DNA of 64,000 nucleotides from Trueperaceae bacterium. GTDB lineage: Bacteria; Deinococcota; Deinococci; Deinococcales; Trueperaceae. Made by a program: the position numbers and the translations under genes. How positions within the stretch are numbered: position 1 is the first letter of the stretch; the number at the start of each line of letters is the position of its first letter. A model generated the notes under the pieces. That model was given only the letters and a program-made list of their open reading frames with translations. It did no database searches and was not told the DNA's origin. This document shows positions 49,146-59,670 of the stretch, piece after piece. The stretch is taken from assembly GCA_965215565.1 (NCBI GenBank), contig CBDCDZ010000004.1:672001-736000 (forward strand), given 5' to 3'.

Positions 49146-49604
49146 TCATTTCACCAGCCGGAGCGTCAGCGGATAGCGGTACGAGTCGCCGTTCGCCGCC
49201 TTTACGCCCGCGACGATGGGCAAGATGAGCCCGGTGATCAGCGCTGCGGCGAGGGCGAGCGAGAAGAGTACGATGCCTGCGACGCTTTCGTTGATGGAGA
49301 CGATGATGATAAGCGCGACGAGTGCGACGATATAAATGGCCAGCGAGAGGCTGAAATTCAGCGCCTCTTTCGCCTGCGCGTCGAGAAACTCGCTCTCGCC
49401 CTTTTTGATAAGCCAGATGACGAGCGGACCTAAAAGTCCTGGGATGCCGACTAAGCCTACGAGCACCGAGAGGTGTGCAGCGGCAGCCCAGCGCACCTCT
49501 TCTTGAGGGTCTGTTACGCCTCCTACGCTAGGTGGCGCGGCCTCCGCTACCGGTTCGGCGGACGTTTCTGTGCGGGGTGGTTGACTCAAATTCGGTTTAT
49601 CCAT
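49146..49604 (-). CDS. DUF4870-like membrane protein
   Basis: AHLS, GPLVIW, KEALNF, G..YRYP motifs. Confidence 0.8.
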   Translation of the reverse strand: MDKPNLSQPPRTETSAEPVAEAAPPSVGGVTDPQEEVRWAAAAHLSVLVGLVGIPGLLGPLVIWLIKKGESEFLDAQAKEALNFSLSLAIYIVALVALIIIVSINESVAGIVLFSLALAAALITGLILPIVAGVKAANGDSYRYPLTLRLVK

Positions 49605-49657
49605 TGCTTCCTCCTCTCTTTACAGTGTAGAGCACAAGCGCGCGAAAGGTTTATCCT

Positions 49658-49862
49658 TAGCAGTTCCACGACACACTGGGACAGTTGAACGCACGTCTCT
49701 GTCCGTAAGGACTAGCGTTACGGGCAGGCCGCCCTGCCGTTGCGGGATTTCATCCCTTAAAGTGCGTGCTAATTACGAAGTTTTCCGCAGGAAACAGCGT
49801 TTCACAAAGTGAGAGTGCTGCTTTGCAAAACTTCGTACACTCTGACCAGATGATACCTGCTA
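49658..49862 (+). mobile_element. MITE A copy (empty target)
   Basis: TAGCAGTTCC...CCAGATGATACCTGCTA with CCT on both flanks. Confidence 0.85.
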
Positions 49863-49928
49863 CCTCCATGAATTCAGCTTCATCATCTTGCCGTGGTCTT
49901 CCTCATCAATTCCGCTTAAAGTATTCCT

Positions 49929-50528
49929 ATGATTCAAACACTCCTCCTTTGCGCCACGCTATTTTTTACCTCTGCGTCCACGACCTCATACACCACCTCT
50001 GCGCAGCCGGACGACACCTACACCCTCAACCTCACCTTGAACGGACAGCCCATCGACTGGTTTGTGGGCGAATCCGTAAAGCGCAACGGCGACTGGTTCG
50101 ACCCGGTGGGACAAGAGACCGTGCGGGTGCTTTTTGACGGCGGCAGCCTCGAGCTAAACGTCGCCGACTGGGACATCTGGGACTACGCGCATATCATGGG
50201 CGTGAGCTATGAGCGCACGGGCGAGGATACCTACACGATGAGCGCCACCGTGCGCCACGACGACGCGGGCTGGGGCGACTACGCCAACGTCATCAAGTTC
50301 GAGGGCGAAAGCGTCCAGAACGGACTACGCGAGCTTCTGCACCCTCACGTCAACGAGCAGCCCTTCACTCGTTCGCAGAGCGGCGTCGTCGCCTCGGGCG
50401 AGGTGCGCGTCAGCGCGAACGACAACGTGGACGGTGAAGATGGCACGGTGGTGATGCTCGAGCTGGATAGCGAGATGTTCGCCTCTTTAGACCAAGCAGA
50501 GTTGGAGATTGGTTTAACGCGGAACTAA
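49929..50528 (+). CDS. Secreted hypothetical protein
   Basis: Signal peptide; HDDAGW.DYAN and LLHPHVNEQPFTRS motifs. Confidence 0.7.
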   Translation: MIQTLLLCATLFFTSASTTSYTTSAQPDDTYTLNLTLNGQPIDWFVGESVKRNGDWFDPVGQETVRVLFDGGSLELNVADWDIWDYAHIMGVSYERTGEDTYTMSATVRHDDAGWGDYANVIKFEGESVQNGLRELLHPHVNEQPFTRSQSGVVASGEVRVSANDNVDGEDGTVVMLELDSEMFASLDQAELEIGLTRN

Positions 50529-50811
50529 GCGGTAATACTAAAGTGAAGTTTAGATGTCAAAAGTACGACATCTAAACCGCGCGGAAAAGAACCTTTAGCT
50601 GGGCGTATTATGCCGTTATCGACGCGCGTTGATTCAAAGATGCTACCTCTGGCTAAGGGCTTCTCAGCGCGTATCCTCAAACGCTCTCAATTTACGACAT
50701 CGTTCTTTCAGTTTAGTATAAGTTGGCAATCCTCAAGAGAAGAGAGAGACGACTCAAAGTTCGCCTCTCTCTTCTCTTTAACTTCTCGAGCACTGATGCT
50801 GAGCGTTCTCA

Positions 50812-50943
50812 TAGCAGTTCCAAGACACACTGAGACGAAATGCCGCAGGCATCATCACCGAACGTGCGTGCTAAACGTCGCTTCGGGCAGTAAGAGTGTT
50901 GCTTCGCATCGCTCCGCGCACTCAAACCAGATGATACCTGCTA
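50812..50943 (+). mobile_element. MITE A copy (empty target)
   Basis: TAGCAGTTCC...CCAGATGATACCTGCTA with TCA on both flanks. Confidence 0.85.
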
Positions 50944-50998
50944 TCAGATTGAGGAGGGCACTAAAAAATACCTCAACCTCTTGCCGAATCTGGCTACG

Positions 50999-52546
50999 TT
51001 ACCCCACCGGACTTGCCAGCGACGGCAGCCACGTCACGATGCTCGGGAAGAGCACGATCAAGAGCAGCGCCACGAGTTGAATGATGATAAAGGGGATGAT
51101 GCCCCTATAGATATCGGTTGTCTTGACCTCCGGCGGCGCGACCCCTTTGAGGTAGAAGAGCGCGAAACCGAAGGGCGGCGTGAGAAACGAAGCTTGCAAG
51201 TTCATCGCGATCAAGACCCCGAACCAGGGCATCATGTCCGCGCCGAAGTAGCGCAGGGCGATGGGCGCGATAAAGGGCACGACGATAAAGGTAATTTCAA
51301 TGAAGTCGATGAAAAAGCCCAGGAGGAAAATCGTGAGCATCGTGAAGAATAGAAAGCCCCACTGTCCGCCGGGCAGGTTGAGGAGAAACCCGTCTACGAG
51401 CTGCGGTCCGCGCAGCGCGTTAAAGACCATGCTAAACGTCGTCGCGCCGACCAAAATGATGAAGACCATGCTGGTGAGTTTCACCGTCTGATCCATCGTA
51501 TCGAGCAGGTTTTGCAAGTTGAGCTTGCGGTTGACGAGCGCTAGGAGCATCGCGCCGATTGCGCCCGCCGCGCCCGCCTCGGTGGGCGTCGCGTAGCCGC
51601 CGAAGATGGAGCCCAGCACGAGCAGGATGAGCGCTAAGGGCGGGATGAGGTTGACGACGACTTTGTACATCAGCGGCGAGTTCCAGTTGCGCACAAAGAG
51701 CCACACCATCAGCAAAAAGGCGGCGGCGTAGAGCGCATAGAAAAAGAGGTTGACGCCACCCGCCGAGATGGTCAAGAGCTGCAAGATGACGAACAGAAAC
51801 CCGTAGAGAAAGGCAAAGCCGACGAGCATCAGCGGAACTTTGATGTAGGGCGAGACGTCAATAGGTTTGATAGTGCGAGCCTCTAGGGGCATCGCAGGCG
51901 CTTCTTTCGGGCGCGTAAACGCGACGAAAACCACCCACAGCGCGAAGAGCCCCGCCAACATGAAGCCCGGAATTGCTGCGCCTAAGAAAAGCTCACCGAC
52001 GGAGACGCCGATCTGGTCTCCCAAGATGACCAGCACGATGCTCGGCGGAATGATCTGCCCTAGCGTGCCCGAGGAGGCGATCACCCCCGTCGCTAGCGGT
52101 TTGCTGTAGTTGTACTTGAGCATGATGGGCAGCGCCAAGACGCCCATCGTCACGACTGACGCGCCGACGACGCCCGTCGAGGCGGCGAGCAGCGCGCCCA
52201 CAGCCACAACCGAGATAGCGAGACCGCCGCGCAACGAGCCGAACAGGGAGCCCATCGTCTCCAAAAGCTCTTCCGCCAGCCCGGACTTCTCCAGCATCAC
52301 CCCCATAAAGACGAAAAAGGGCACCGCCACTAGCGTGTAGTTATCCATGATTGTGCCGTAGATGCGCTGCGGCAAAATGTTCAAGCGGGCGAGCCGAAAG
52401 GCGTCTTCCCAGGGCCAGAAAGGGACCAAATCGCTGAAAAAGAGGGTGAACAAAAACGCGGTGCCGCCCAAGCTGAAGGCGACGGGGTAGCCAATTAGGA
52501 GCAGCCCGATGGCAGCCGCGAACATCCAGAGTCCGAGATATTCCAC
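50999..52546 (-). CDS. dctM: TRAP transporter large permease
   Basis: SGTLGQIIPPS, ATPTEA, LTPPFG motifs. Confidence 0.92.
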   Translation of the reverse strand: MEYLGLWMFAAAIGLLLIGYPVAFSLGGTAFLFTLFFSDLVPFWPWEDAFRLARLNILPQRIYGTIMDNYTLVAVPFFVFMGVMLEKSGLAEELLETMGSLFGSLRGGLAISVVAVGALLAASTGVVGASVVTMGVLALPIMLKYNYSKPLATGVIASSGTLGQIIPPSIVLVILGDQIGVSVGELFLGAAIPGFMLAGLFALWVVFVAFTRPKEAPAMPLEARTIKPIDVSPYIKVPLMLVGFAFLYGFLFVILQLLTISAGGVNLFFYALYAAAFLLMVWLFVRNWNSPLMYKVVVNLIPPLALILLVLGSIFGGYATPTEAGAAGAIGAMLLALVNRKLNLQNLLDTMDQTVKLTSMVFIILVGATTFSMVFNALRGPQLVDGFLLNLPGGQWGFLFFTMLTIFLLGFFIDFIEITFIVVPFIAPIALRYFGADMMPWFGVLIAMNLQASFLTPPFGFALFYLKGVAPPEVKTTDIYRGIIPFIIIQLVALLLIVLFPSIVTWLPSLASPVG

Positions 52547-52547
52547 C

Positions 52548-53114
52548 CTACACCGCCTCTGTCTCTTCAGTCACTTTGTCGTGCTGCTCGTAGCCTTCGA
52601 CGCCGCGCAAAAAGGCGACGCGCTTGATGACCTCGCTGACCGCTTGGAGGATAAGTAGCCCAAAGGCGACGATGATCACCGTCTTGATAGGGTAAATAGG
52701 CAACCCGGCGGCGTTGACGTTGATTTCACCCTGTTGCCACGAACGCCCCACATATCCCCAACTAAAATAGATACCCATGACGCAGAAGGGAATCAAAAAG
52801 ATAAAGGTCATGACGATGTCCACCCACGCTTTGAGACGCTGGCTGTAGTTCGAGTAGAGAATATCGACGCGCACGTGCGCGTCCTTGTTGAAGACGTACG
52901 CTGCGCCTAAGAGGAAGATGAGGTTGTAAGCGTAAGTTTGCAAGGCGATATAGAGCGTGCCCCCGAGCGAGATATTCAGCGCTCGCCCCAGATTGCGCGT
53001 GATGACATTGAACGCGCCTAAAAGCACCATGATGAGCGTGAGCCAGAACATGACGTAGGCAATCCAAGTGGTGAGCGTATCAATTCCTTTAGAGATGGCT
53101 AGAAGACCCCGCAC
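52548..53114 (-). CDS. dctQ: TRAP transporter small permease
   Basis: HVRVDI motif, 4 TM, AAGGAGG RBS. Confidence 0.9.
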   Translation of the reverse strand: MRGLLAISKGIDTLTTWIAYVMFWLTLIMVLLGAFNVITRNLGRALNISLGGTLYIALQTYAYNLIFLLGAAYVFNKDAHVRVDILYSNYSQRLKAWVDIVMTFIFLIPFCVMGIYFSWGYVGRSWQQGEINVNAAGLPIYPIKTVIIVAFGLLILQAVSEVIKRVAFLRGVEGYEQHDKVTEETEAV

Positions 53115-53133
53115 AGGGTTTCGCCTCCTTTCG

Positions 53134-53248
53134 TCGCAGGTATCAACTGGTCAGGGACGCACTCGGCTAAAGTAAGGAGCTAAAGAGAACGTCTACTCTC
53201 GAGATAACACCTAGCATAGCTGCGCCGCAGCACGTCTTAAAACCGCTA
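53134..53248 (-). mobile_element. Degenerate MITE A copy just upstream of dctQ
   Basis: TCGCAGGTATCAACTGG...AAACCGCTA on the plus strand. Confidence 0.55.
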
Positions 53249-53492
53249 TTCAGTTGCGACCTGCAAAACGTATCGGTGTATCGTATCCGTTCGCACAGTT
53301 GCGCGTCAATGCAAAAAGGGTGTGTAGGGGACGTCATTTTTCAAGTATGAAGATGGTGCGCTTTATAGTTGCTGGGGAATTTTGCGTTGGCTCGGTGGTT
53401 GTATTGGAGCAATGAGTTCAAAGCTAATGAGCAATGGGTGAAACCCTCTAGACTCATTGCTCTGAATGCTCAGCCTCGAGCTACACTGCGTC

Positions 53493-54476
53493 ATGGACCT
53501 CCTCATCTTAGGCGGCACCCACTTCGTCGGGCGGCACATGACTAGAACCGCGCTAGACAGGGGGCACACCGTCACCCTCTTCAATAGGGGCAAGACCAAC
53601 CCCGAGCTGTTCCCTGACGCTGAGCATTTACGCGGCGATAGAGACGGCGACATGAGCGCATTAGAGGGGAGAGCCTGGGACGCGGTGCTGGATATGAGCG
53701 GATATCTACCGCGCATTGTCCGCAACTCGGCGGAGCTTATCCGAGCGGAGCACTACACGTTCGTCTCGAGCATCTCCGTTTACCCCGACGACGTGCCCTT
53801 ACACGCCGACGAGAGCGCCGAAGTGATTCAATTGGACGACCCCACCACTGAAACCATCGAGGGCGAAACCTACGGCGGTCTCAAGGTGCTGTGCGAAGAG
53901 GTCGTGAAGGAAGTCAAGGACGCCGCGCTCATCCTGCGCCCCGGCTTAGTCGTCGGACCCTTCGACTACACGGACCGCTTTGTGTACTGGTCGCACCGCG
54001 TGGACGAAGGCGGCGAGGTATTAGCGCCCGAAGGACCCGGCGTGCCGATACAGTTCATCGACGCAAGGGACTTCGCTGACTTCGCCATCTCCTCTGCTGA
54101 GTCAAGGCGCACCGGAACGTACAACGTCGTGAGCAACGCAGATCACTTCACGATGGGAGAGCTTTTGGAGACGTGCAAGCGGGTGAGCGAGAGTGACGCC
54201 ACGTTTACGTGGGTAGCTGAAGACTTCTTGCTGGAGCAAGGCGTCAGGCGCTTTAGTTGGGATTTACCCCTGTGGATCAAAGAGGAGGACCGAAATTTTC
54301 TGCGCGTCAGCAGCGAAAAGGCGCTCGGTCAAGGCTTGGAGATAAGACCCTTGGAGCTGACTGTCCGCGACACCTTGGGCTGGGACAAGACGAGACCGGA
54401 GGGCGAATTCACTAGGGTCGTATCGAGGGAAAGAGAAAAGAAAATTTTGGAGGAGTGGCGTAAAAAGAAGCAATGA
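53493..54476 (+). CDS. NAD-dependent epimerase/dehydratase family protein
   Basis: GGTHFVG, SSISVY, YGGLK motifs. Confidence 0.9.
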   Translation: MDLLILGGTHFVGRHMTRTALDRGHTVTLFNRGKTNPELFPDAEHLRGDRDGDMSALEGRAWDAVLDMSGYLPRIVRNSAELIRAEHYTFVSSISVYPDDVPLHADESAEVIQLDDPTTETIEGETYGGLKVLCEEVVKEVKDAALILRPGLVVGPFDYTDRFVYWSHRVDEGGEVLAPEGPGVPIQFIDARDFADFAISSAESRRTGTYNVVSNADHFTMGELLETCKRVSESDATFTWVAEDFLLEQGVRRFSWDLPLWIKEEDRNFLRVSSEKALGQGLEIRPLELTVRDTLGWDKTRPEGEFTRVVSREREKKILEEWRKKKQ

Positions 54477-55276
54477 GTTGAAAGCAACGAGCAATGAGTT
54501 TTGTCCTTTCACTTTCGACTCATTGCTCATTGCTCGGTACTCATTGCTCTTCACAGAAAATAGCGTTCGGCAACAAAATAAGGGGTCCCGTTTTGCGCGT
54601 TGAGGAGAAGCTATCCGGCTTGCCTACACACTTCACGTAATTCCGTACGCAAAACGTGATACACCGCAAAACAAAAGGAAACACCCTCTACCTTGTCTCG
54701 CTCTCTCGGTTCTTCCGCACCAAACTCAATAGTGGGATAGATACGCGCTCGAGCCTCTAGTGGCAAAGGGTGTCTCGCTGTGAGGATTGATCTTGATCCT
54801 TATCTATAAATGGTCCTCCTGTTCACTAACTTGGAGCGATTGTAACTCTTTGAGTACAACTAATGAAGGGTGGCAAGTCCTAATTGTCAGGGGCGCGTCA
54901 TGCTATGATCATAAGTTGGGGCTGGAAACTTATACCTTATTATTTTGCAAAGATACCTCACGCCGCTCTGCGCGCAGTTTTTTAGCAAAGGCTATTAGCC
55001 GTTGAGCACCCCTATAGAATCTGTTTTAACTGCTCCAAAGCTTGACGCAAATCGCGCTGCTTCGTATGGTGGATTTGAAACCCACCCCTACCACGCCAAA
55101 ACGTTCTCTCATTCGTGAGCAGCGCTGAGATTCACACTTCGTAGGTTAAAGTCACAGCTCGTCCACAAAACGTAGCGATAAGGCGATCTATTGCTTAGGG
55201 CTATATGCAGGACTCGAGCCTCGCATTCTAGGCAACTTCATAGTTTCGCGCGGCTTTCTAACCTTAAAGTAGCGAC

Positions 55277-55957
55277 ATGAACGTTTTTCTCAGGATCAAA
55301 TCAGCAAGCCAACTAGCTACGCTTCTCACCGTCCTTTTACTCTCCCTTGGCATACTCGCAAGCTGCGGACCCGTCAACCAAAACGAGAGCGCTACAGACG
55401 GCGAGACGGCGACAGTGGACGGCGACGTCGAGGAGGGCGCAAGCGGCGAGCCGGTCTTCGAGGCGAACGACAGCGACAACGACAGCATGATGCGAGACGC
55501 CACCCAAAATGAGAACAGGGGCACCTCAGCGGACAGCGACATCGCTTCAGGTGCAAACGCGGCCGATGTCAACGTCAGCATGACGGCGGACGGCAACGAG
55601 GCGTGGATCATCACGAACGTCGAGGGTGCGGTGGGTCTTGAAAGCCCGCAAGAGGGTATCGACGACGACGCCGAGACGGACACGCCGAACCCGACGCTCA
55701 CGCTCAGCGTGGGCGAGCGCTACCGCTTCAACAACCCGCTTTACGACGTTCACGTCTTGCAGTTTCGTAACGGCTCGGGCGACGTGCTCTTGGGTCAAGG
55801 CGAAACACAAGGCTCCTTCGCCGAGAACGAAGAGGTCAACGCGGTCGTGAGCGACAACGCCGTGACCTTTACCGTCACCGAGGCGTTGGCACAAGAACTC
55901 GCTGACTACCGTTCGCGAGAGTACGACGCGATGACGGGCGCGATTCAAGTCCAGTAA
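55277..55957 (+). CDS. Acidic lipoprotein
   Basis: Lipobox LASC; NPTLTL..G.RYRF C-terminal beta domain. Confidence 0.7.
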   Translation: MNVFLRIKSASQLATLLTVLLLSLGILASCGPVNQNESATDGETATVDGDVEEGASGEPVFEANDSDNDSMMRDATQNENRGTSADSDIASGANAADVNVSMTADGNEAWIITNVEGAVGLESPQEGIDDDAETDTPNPTLTLSVGERYRFNNPLYDVHVLQFRNGSGDVLLGQGETQGSFAENEEVNAVVSDNAVTFTVTEALAQELADYRSREYDAMTGAIQVQ

Positions 55958-56031
55958 ACCTCGTTAAGACTTCACATCAGGACAAACAGCCCTTGCCGCC
56001 GGGCGTATGTCCGCGTTTATAATAGGAGCAT

Positions 56032-56310
56032 ATGAAACGTACCGGACTCACCTTTAGCCTCGCTCTAGTGCTCAGCCTCGCCCTCTTTCTCAGCGGGTGC
56101 GGACCCGAGACGCAGCAAGGGCCCACCACCGATTCGTCGCTCAACGTAGACTACGTCGGCGTCGGCAACATCGTGCCGCCCGAAGATTTGCGCAGCGACA
56201 CGCCCGACGTGTTCGCCGCCAAAAACCGCGTACCTCACCAGTATAAAGACCTCAACCCGTACAACTTTTTTGCGGTTTTTAACAACCTCAACCCTGGGTT
56301 GAACCGGTAG
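56032..56310 (+). CDS. Small lipoprotein
   Basis: TATAAT plus AGGAG upstream; lipobox LSGC. Confidence 0.65.
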   Translation: MKRTGLTFSLALVLSLALFLSGCGPETQQGPTTDSSLNVDYVGVGNIVPPEDLRSDTPDVFAAKNRVPHQYKDLNPYNFFAVFNNLNPGLNR

Positions 56311-56327
56311 TCACGGCACAGGTTTTC

Positions 56328-56357
56328 GGCGAGGCTCGAGTCACGCTCGAGCCTCGC
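56328..56357 (+). terminator. GC-rich hairpin after the small lipoprotein gene
   Basis: GCGAGGCTCGAG-TCACG-CTCGAGCCTCGC; no U-tract. Confidence 0.5.
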
Positions 56358-56633
56358 CTCATGGTAGTGGCTCCATCTGGAACGATACGGACGCTGAAGC
56401 AAGGGGTTTCAACCCCTTGTTCATCACCTTAGCTTATTACGTAGAGACAGCAGAAGGAGCATACAGTAGCATTCGACCTGGAATTGCTGTAGGTTCTGGC
56501 GAGGCTCTGTTGCAGCAACATTTAGACCTGCCCACAGCTACAAAGGTGACGCAAGGCTCCTTGTTATACTCAACCCTATGGCAAACGTAACGAGTCACAT
56601 TGGGATAAAGCGGGGTTGGGACTCTCCCCTAAC

Positions 56634-58040
56634 ATGAACCTCTTCGTCATCTTCGCTGTCATCGTTCTGCTGCTCGCCGCCAACGCGCTCTACGTGGCGG
56701 CGGAGTTCGCGGCGGTCAGCGCGCGGCGTACGCGCATTCAAGAGCGCGCGGCTGAAGGCAACCGCGTCGCGAAGTCGCTCCTCTCGGTTTTGGAGAGCCG
56801 GGAGGAACTCGACCGCTACATCGCGGCGTGTCAGATAGGAATCACCTTATCGAGCCTCGTGATCGGCTTCTACGGTCAGGCGCAGTTGGGTCCGTACCTG
56901 AGCCCGCTCTTCGTCCGCTTCGGCGGTCTGCAAGAGGCGGCGGCGTATTCGGTCTCAGCGGTCGTCGTCTTGCTACTCCTCACAACCTTTCAAGTAATTT
57001 TGGGCGAACTCATGCCCAAATCCGTCGCGGTGCGCTACCCCGAGCGTTTGGCGCTCGTCACCACGCCGCCTATGCGCGTGTCACTCTGGATTTTGCGCCC
57101 CTTCATCTGGGTCTTAAATGGCTCGGCGCTGGCGCTCCTCAAGTCGTTTGGCGCGGAGACCTCGCTCGAAGGAGAGCACGTCCACTCGCCCGAGGAGTTG
57201 GAAAGGCTCGTCAAGGAGAGCGCGCAGGGGGGACTCATCGACGCGGGCGAAAGGGAGATGTTGGAGAACGTCTTGCGCATCGAAACACTCGTGGCGCGCC
57301 AGATCATGGTCCCGCGTACACGCATAGTGACGGCGTCTATCGAGGACACGCCCGCCGACCTCTTAGCCAAACTCGTCGATTCGCCGCACATGCGCTTCCC
57401 AGCGGTGGAAGGCAACGTGGACAATATCGTCGGTATGATCCACCTGCGCGACCTCTTCGCATTCGCGCAGGACAACCCGGCGGGCAGCCTCAAAGAGATC
57501 GTGCGCGAGTTGCCCCTCTACCCCGAGTCCATCACCGTAAGCGACCTTTGGGACGCGCTCCGTTTAGAGGGGCGCTACATGGCGGCCCTATTCGATGAGC
57601 ATGGCGGCACGGCGGGGCTCGTGACCCTAGAGGACATCGTCGAAGAGGTGGTGGGCGAGCTGCAAGACGAGTTCGATCAGGAGACCGAGGCGGTGCGCTA
57701 CGCGGACGACGGGCGCGTCTATCTGCGCGGCGACTTGCTCGTTTCAGCGGTGAATAACAGGCTGCTCCTAAACTTGCCGACAGGCGAAGCGGATACGGTT
57801 GGGGGGCTTGTCGTAGAGCAGTTGGAGCACGTCCCCCGACAGGGCGAAGAGGTGCGCGTGGGCGGTGTGTCGCTGCGCGCCGAGCAGGTGGAGGCGCGCG
57901 CCGTCACCGAGGTGAGCTTGGCGACGCCGACGGAAACTGACCCGCTCGCTGAACAGGACGGGCAAGCTGACGTCAAGGTAGTTGAAGGACCGTCCGCCGA
58001 ACCAGCAGACGAGACAACTGAACAGAAGGTACAGACATGA
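56634..58040 (+). CDS. CNNM/TlyC-CBS-CorC hemolysin-family protein
   Basis: AAEFA, QIGIT, GELMPK, DEHGGTAGLVTLED motifs. Confidence 0.92.
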   Translation: MNLFVIFAVIVLLLAANALYVAAEFAAVSARRTRIQERAAEGNRVAKSLLSVLESREELDRYIAACQIGITLSSLVIGFYGQAQLGPYLSPLFVRFGGLQEAAAYSVSAVVVLLLLTTFQVILGELMPKSVAVRYPERLALVTTPPMRVSLWILRPFIWVLNGSALALLKSFGAETSLEGEHVHSPEELERLVKESAQGGLIDAGEREMLENVLRIETLVARQIMVPRTRIVTASIEDTPADLLAKLVDSPHMRFPAVEGNVDNIVGMIHLRDLFAFAQDNPAGSLKEIVRELPLYPESITVSDLWDALRLEGRYMAALFDEHGGTAGLVTLEDIVEEVVGELQDEFDQETEAVRYADDGRVYLRGDLLVSAVNNRLLLNLPTGEADTVGGLVVEQLEHVPRQGEEVRVGGVSLRAEQVEARAVTEVSLATPTETDPLAEQDGQADVKVVEGPSAEPADETTEQKVQT

Positions 58041-59368
58041 TGAGCGTCCTACTTCCCATCCTCGTGATCATCGTCCTCATTATCTTGAATGGGCTCTTTG
58101 TCGCGGCGGAGTTCGCGATTGTGGGCTCGAGGCGCACCCGCGTTGACAAGTACGCCGAGGAGGGCAGCGGGGCGGCGCGCTACGTGCAGCGCGTGCTCTC
58201 GAGCCCTGAAAACCAGGACCGCTACATCGCCATCGCGCAGCTAGGCATCACCTTGGCGAGCATCGGTTTGGGGATGTACGGCGAGCAGTCTATCGCGGGC
58301 TGGCTCTACGGACCTCTGGAGCAATACGGCGGCTTAGGCTACGCCGCGTCGCACACCATCGGCACGATCATCGCGGTCTCCTTTTTAACGTATTTTCACG
58401 TCGTCATCGGCGAGATGATTCCGAAAGCGTTGGCGCTCCAGAAGCCCGAGGAGACCTCCTTTCGCGTGGCGAGGCCGATGCGCGTTGTGGGAACGGTTTT
58501 CCGGCCGGCGGTGTGGGCGCTCAACGGCGCGGGTACGCTGCTCCTCAAAGCGATGCGCGTTCCCGAGCCCGACGCGAAGAGCCGCTTCTACACGCCGCAA
58601 GAGTTTGAGCTTGTCGTCGGCGAATCGAGCGAGGCGGGCGCGCTGGAGAGCGAGCAACAAGAACTCATTGCCAACATCTTCGACTTCAGCGAGCGCGACG
58701 TGGGGCAACTGATGACGCCGCGTCCGCGCGTGATAGGGCTGAGCGTTGACAGCACAAGAGAGGACCTAGTCGCGCTCATCCGCGAGGGGCAGCACAGCCG
58801 CTTCCCGGTTTACGAAGGTGATTTAGACCACATCGTCGGGCTCTTGCACATTAAAGACTTCATCCGTGAGCAGGCGCGAGGCGAGTCCGAGCCCTTCGAA
58901 CTGCGCTCGCTCGTCCGCCGCGCGCCGCGCGTGCCGGAGGGGATGGCGGCGGAGAACCTCTTGGAGTCTTTCAAACATCTCAAGGTGCACATGGCGGTGG
59001 TCATGGACGAGTTCGGCGGTACGGCGGGCATCGTCACCTTGGAAGATTTGATCGAAGAAGTTGTCGGCGAGGTGCAAGACGAGTTTGACCGCGAAACACC
59101 GCCTGTCCAGAAAGTTGACGACGACACACTCTTGGTGCGCGGCGACGTGCTCTTAGATGACCTCAACGAGCATCACGGCTTTGACCTCTCTTCGGAGACT
59201 TCGGATACGGTGGCGGGACTTTTACTCGGCGAGTTGGGGCGTCCACCTAAAGTTGGCGACGAAGCAGAGATACAAGGGGTCCACCTGGGGGCGGAAGAGG
59301 TCGAAGGGCTGGTCATTCGGAAGGTGCGCTTGACGCGAATGAGCAAAGAGGCAGAGGAAGTGTCTTAA
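58037..59368 (+). CDS. Second CNNM/TlyC-CBS-CorC paralogue
   Basis: AAEFA, QLGIT, GEMIPK, DEFGGTAGIVTLED motifs. Confidence 0.92.
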   Translation: MMSVLLPILVIIVLIILNGLFVAAEFAIVGSRRTRVDKYAEEGSGAARYVQRVLSSPENQDRYIAIAQLGITLASIGLGMYGEQSIAGWLYGPLEQYGGLGYAASHTIGTIIAVSFLTYFHVVIGEMIPKALALQKPEETSFRVARPMRVVGTVFRPAVWALNGAGTLLLKAMRVPEPDAKSRFYTPQEFELVVGESSEAGALESEQQELIANIFDFSERDVGQLMTPRPRVIGLSVDSTREDLVALIREGQHSRFPVYEGDLDHIVGLLHIKDFIREQARGESEPFELRSLVRRAPRVPEGMAAENLLESFKHLKVHMAVVMDEFGGTAGIVTLEDLIEEVVGEVQDEFDRETPPVQKVDDDTLLVRGDVLLDDLNEHHGFDLSSETSDTVAGLLLGELGRPPKVGDEAEIQGVHLGAEEVEGLVIRKVRLTRMSKEAEEVS

Positions 59369-59670
59369 ACCCTCCGAGTCACGAGCAAACTATGAGGACG
59401 TGTGCGGTGCGTAGGAAATTTATACATCGTTTCGCGCCGACGGCACATTCGGTTGTGGCGGAGAACGACGTTGCGTGGGGGAGGATTTTACATCTACCTT
59501 GGTCCGCCACCTTCATCCATCTCTGTGTGAGTTAATGCACATCTCGCTAAAATCCGGTACTATCGGGGGAGAGAGCGAAAAGAAAACAGACGTTGTCTCT
59601 TCGTGTTGCGAACGCTACAGTCCGGTAGGCGTATCGGTAACCAGATGACCTCTGTTCCGAGAGGAGCACC

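Noticed and set aside
54550..55270. Long intergenic region as a possible riboswitch or ncRNA (also 43300-43830, 59370-59670)
   Set aside because: No recognisable conserved RNA motif by eye; an Rfam search would be needed
56634..59368. Tandem CNNM paralogues as a novel system
   Set aside because: Well-known family; nothing unusual in the sequence beyond the duplication
59639..59648. AACCAGATGA matching the right half of the IS110 target
   Set aside because: No left-target half, IS end or MITE body nearby; compatible with chance
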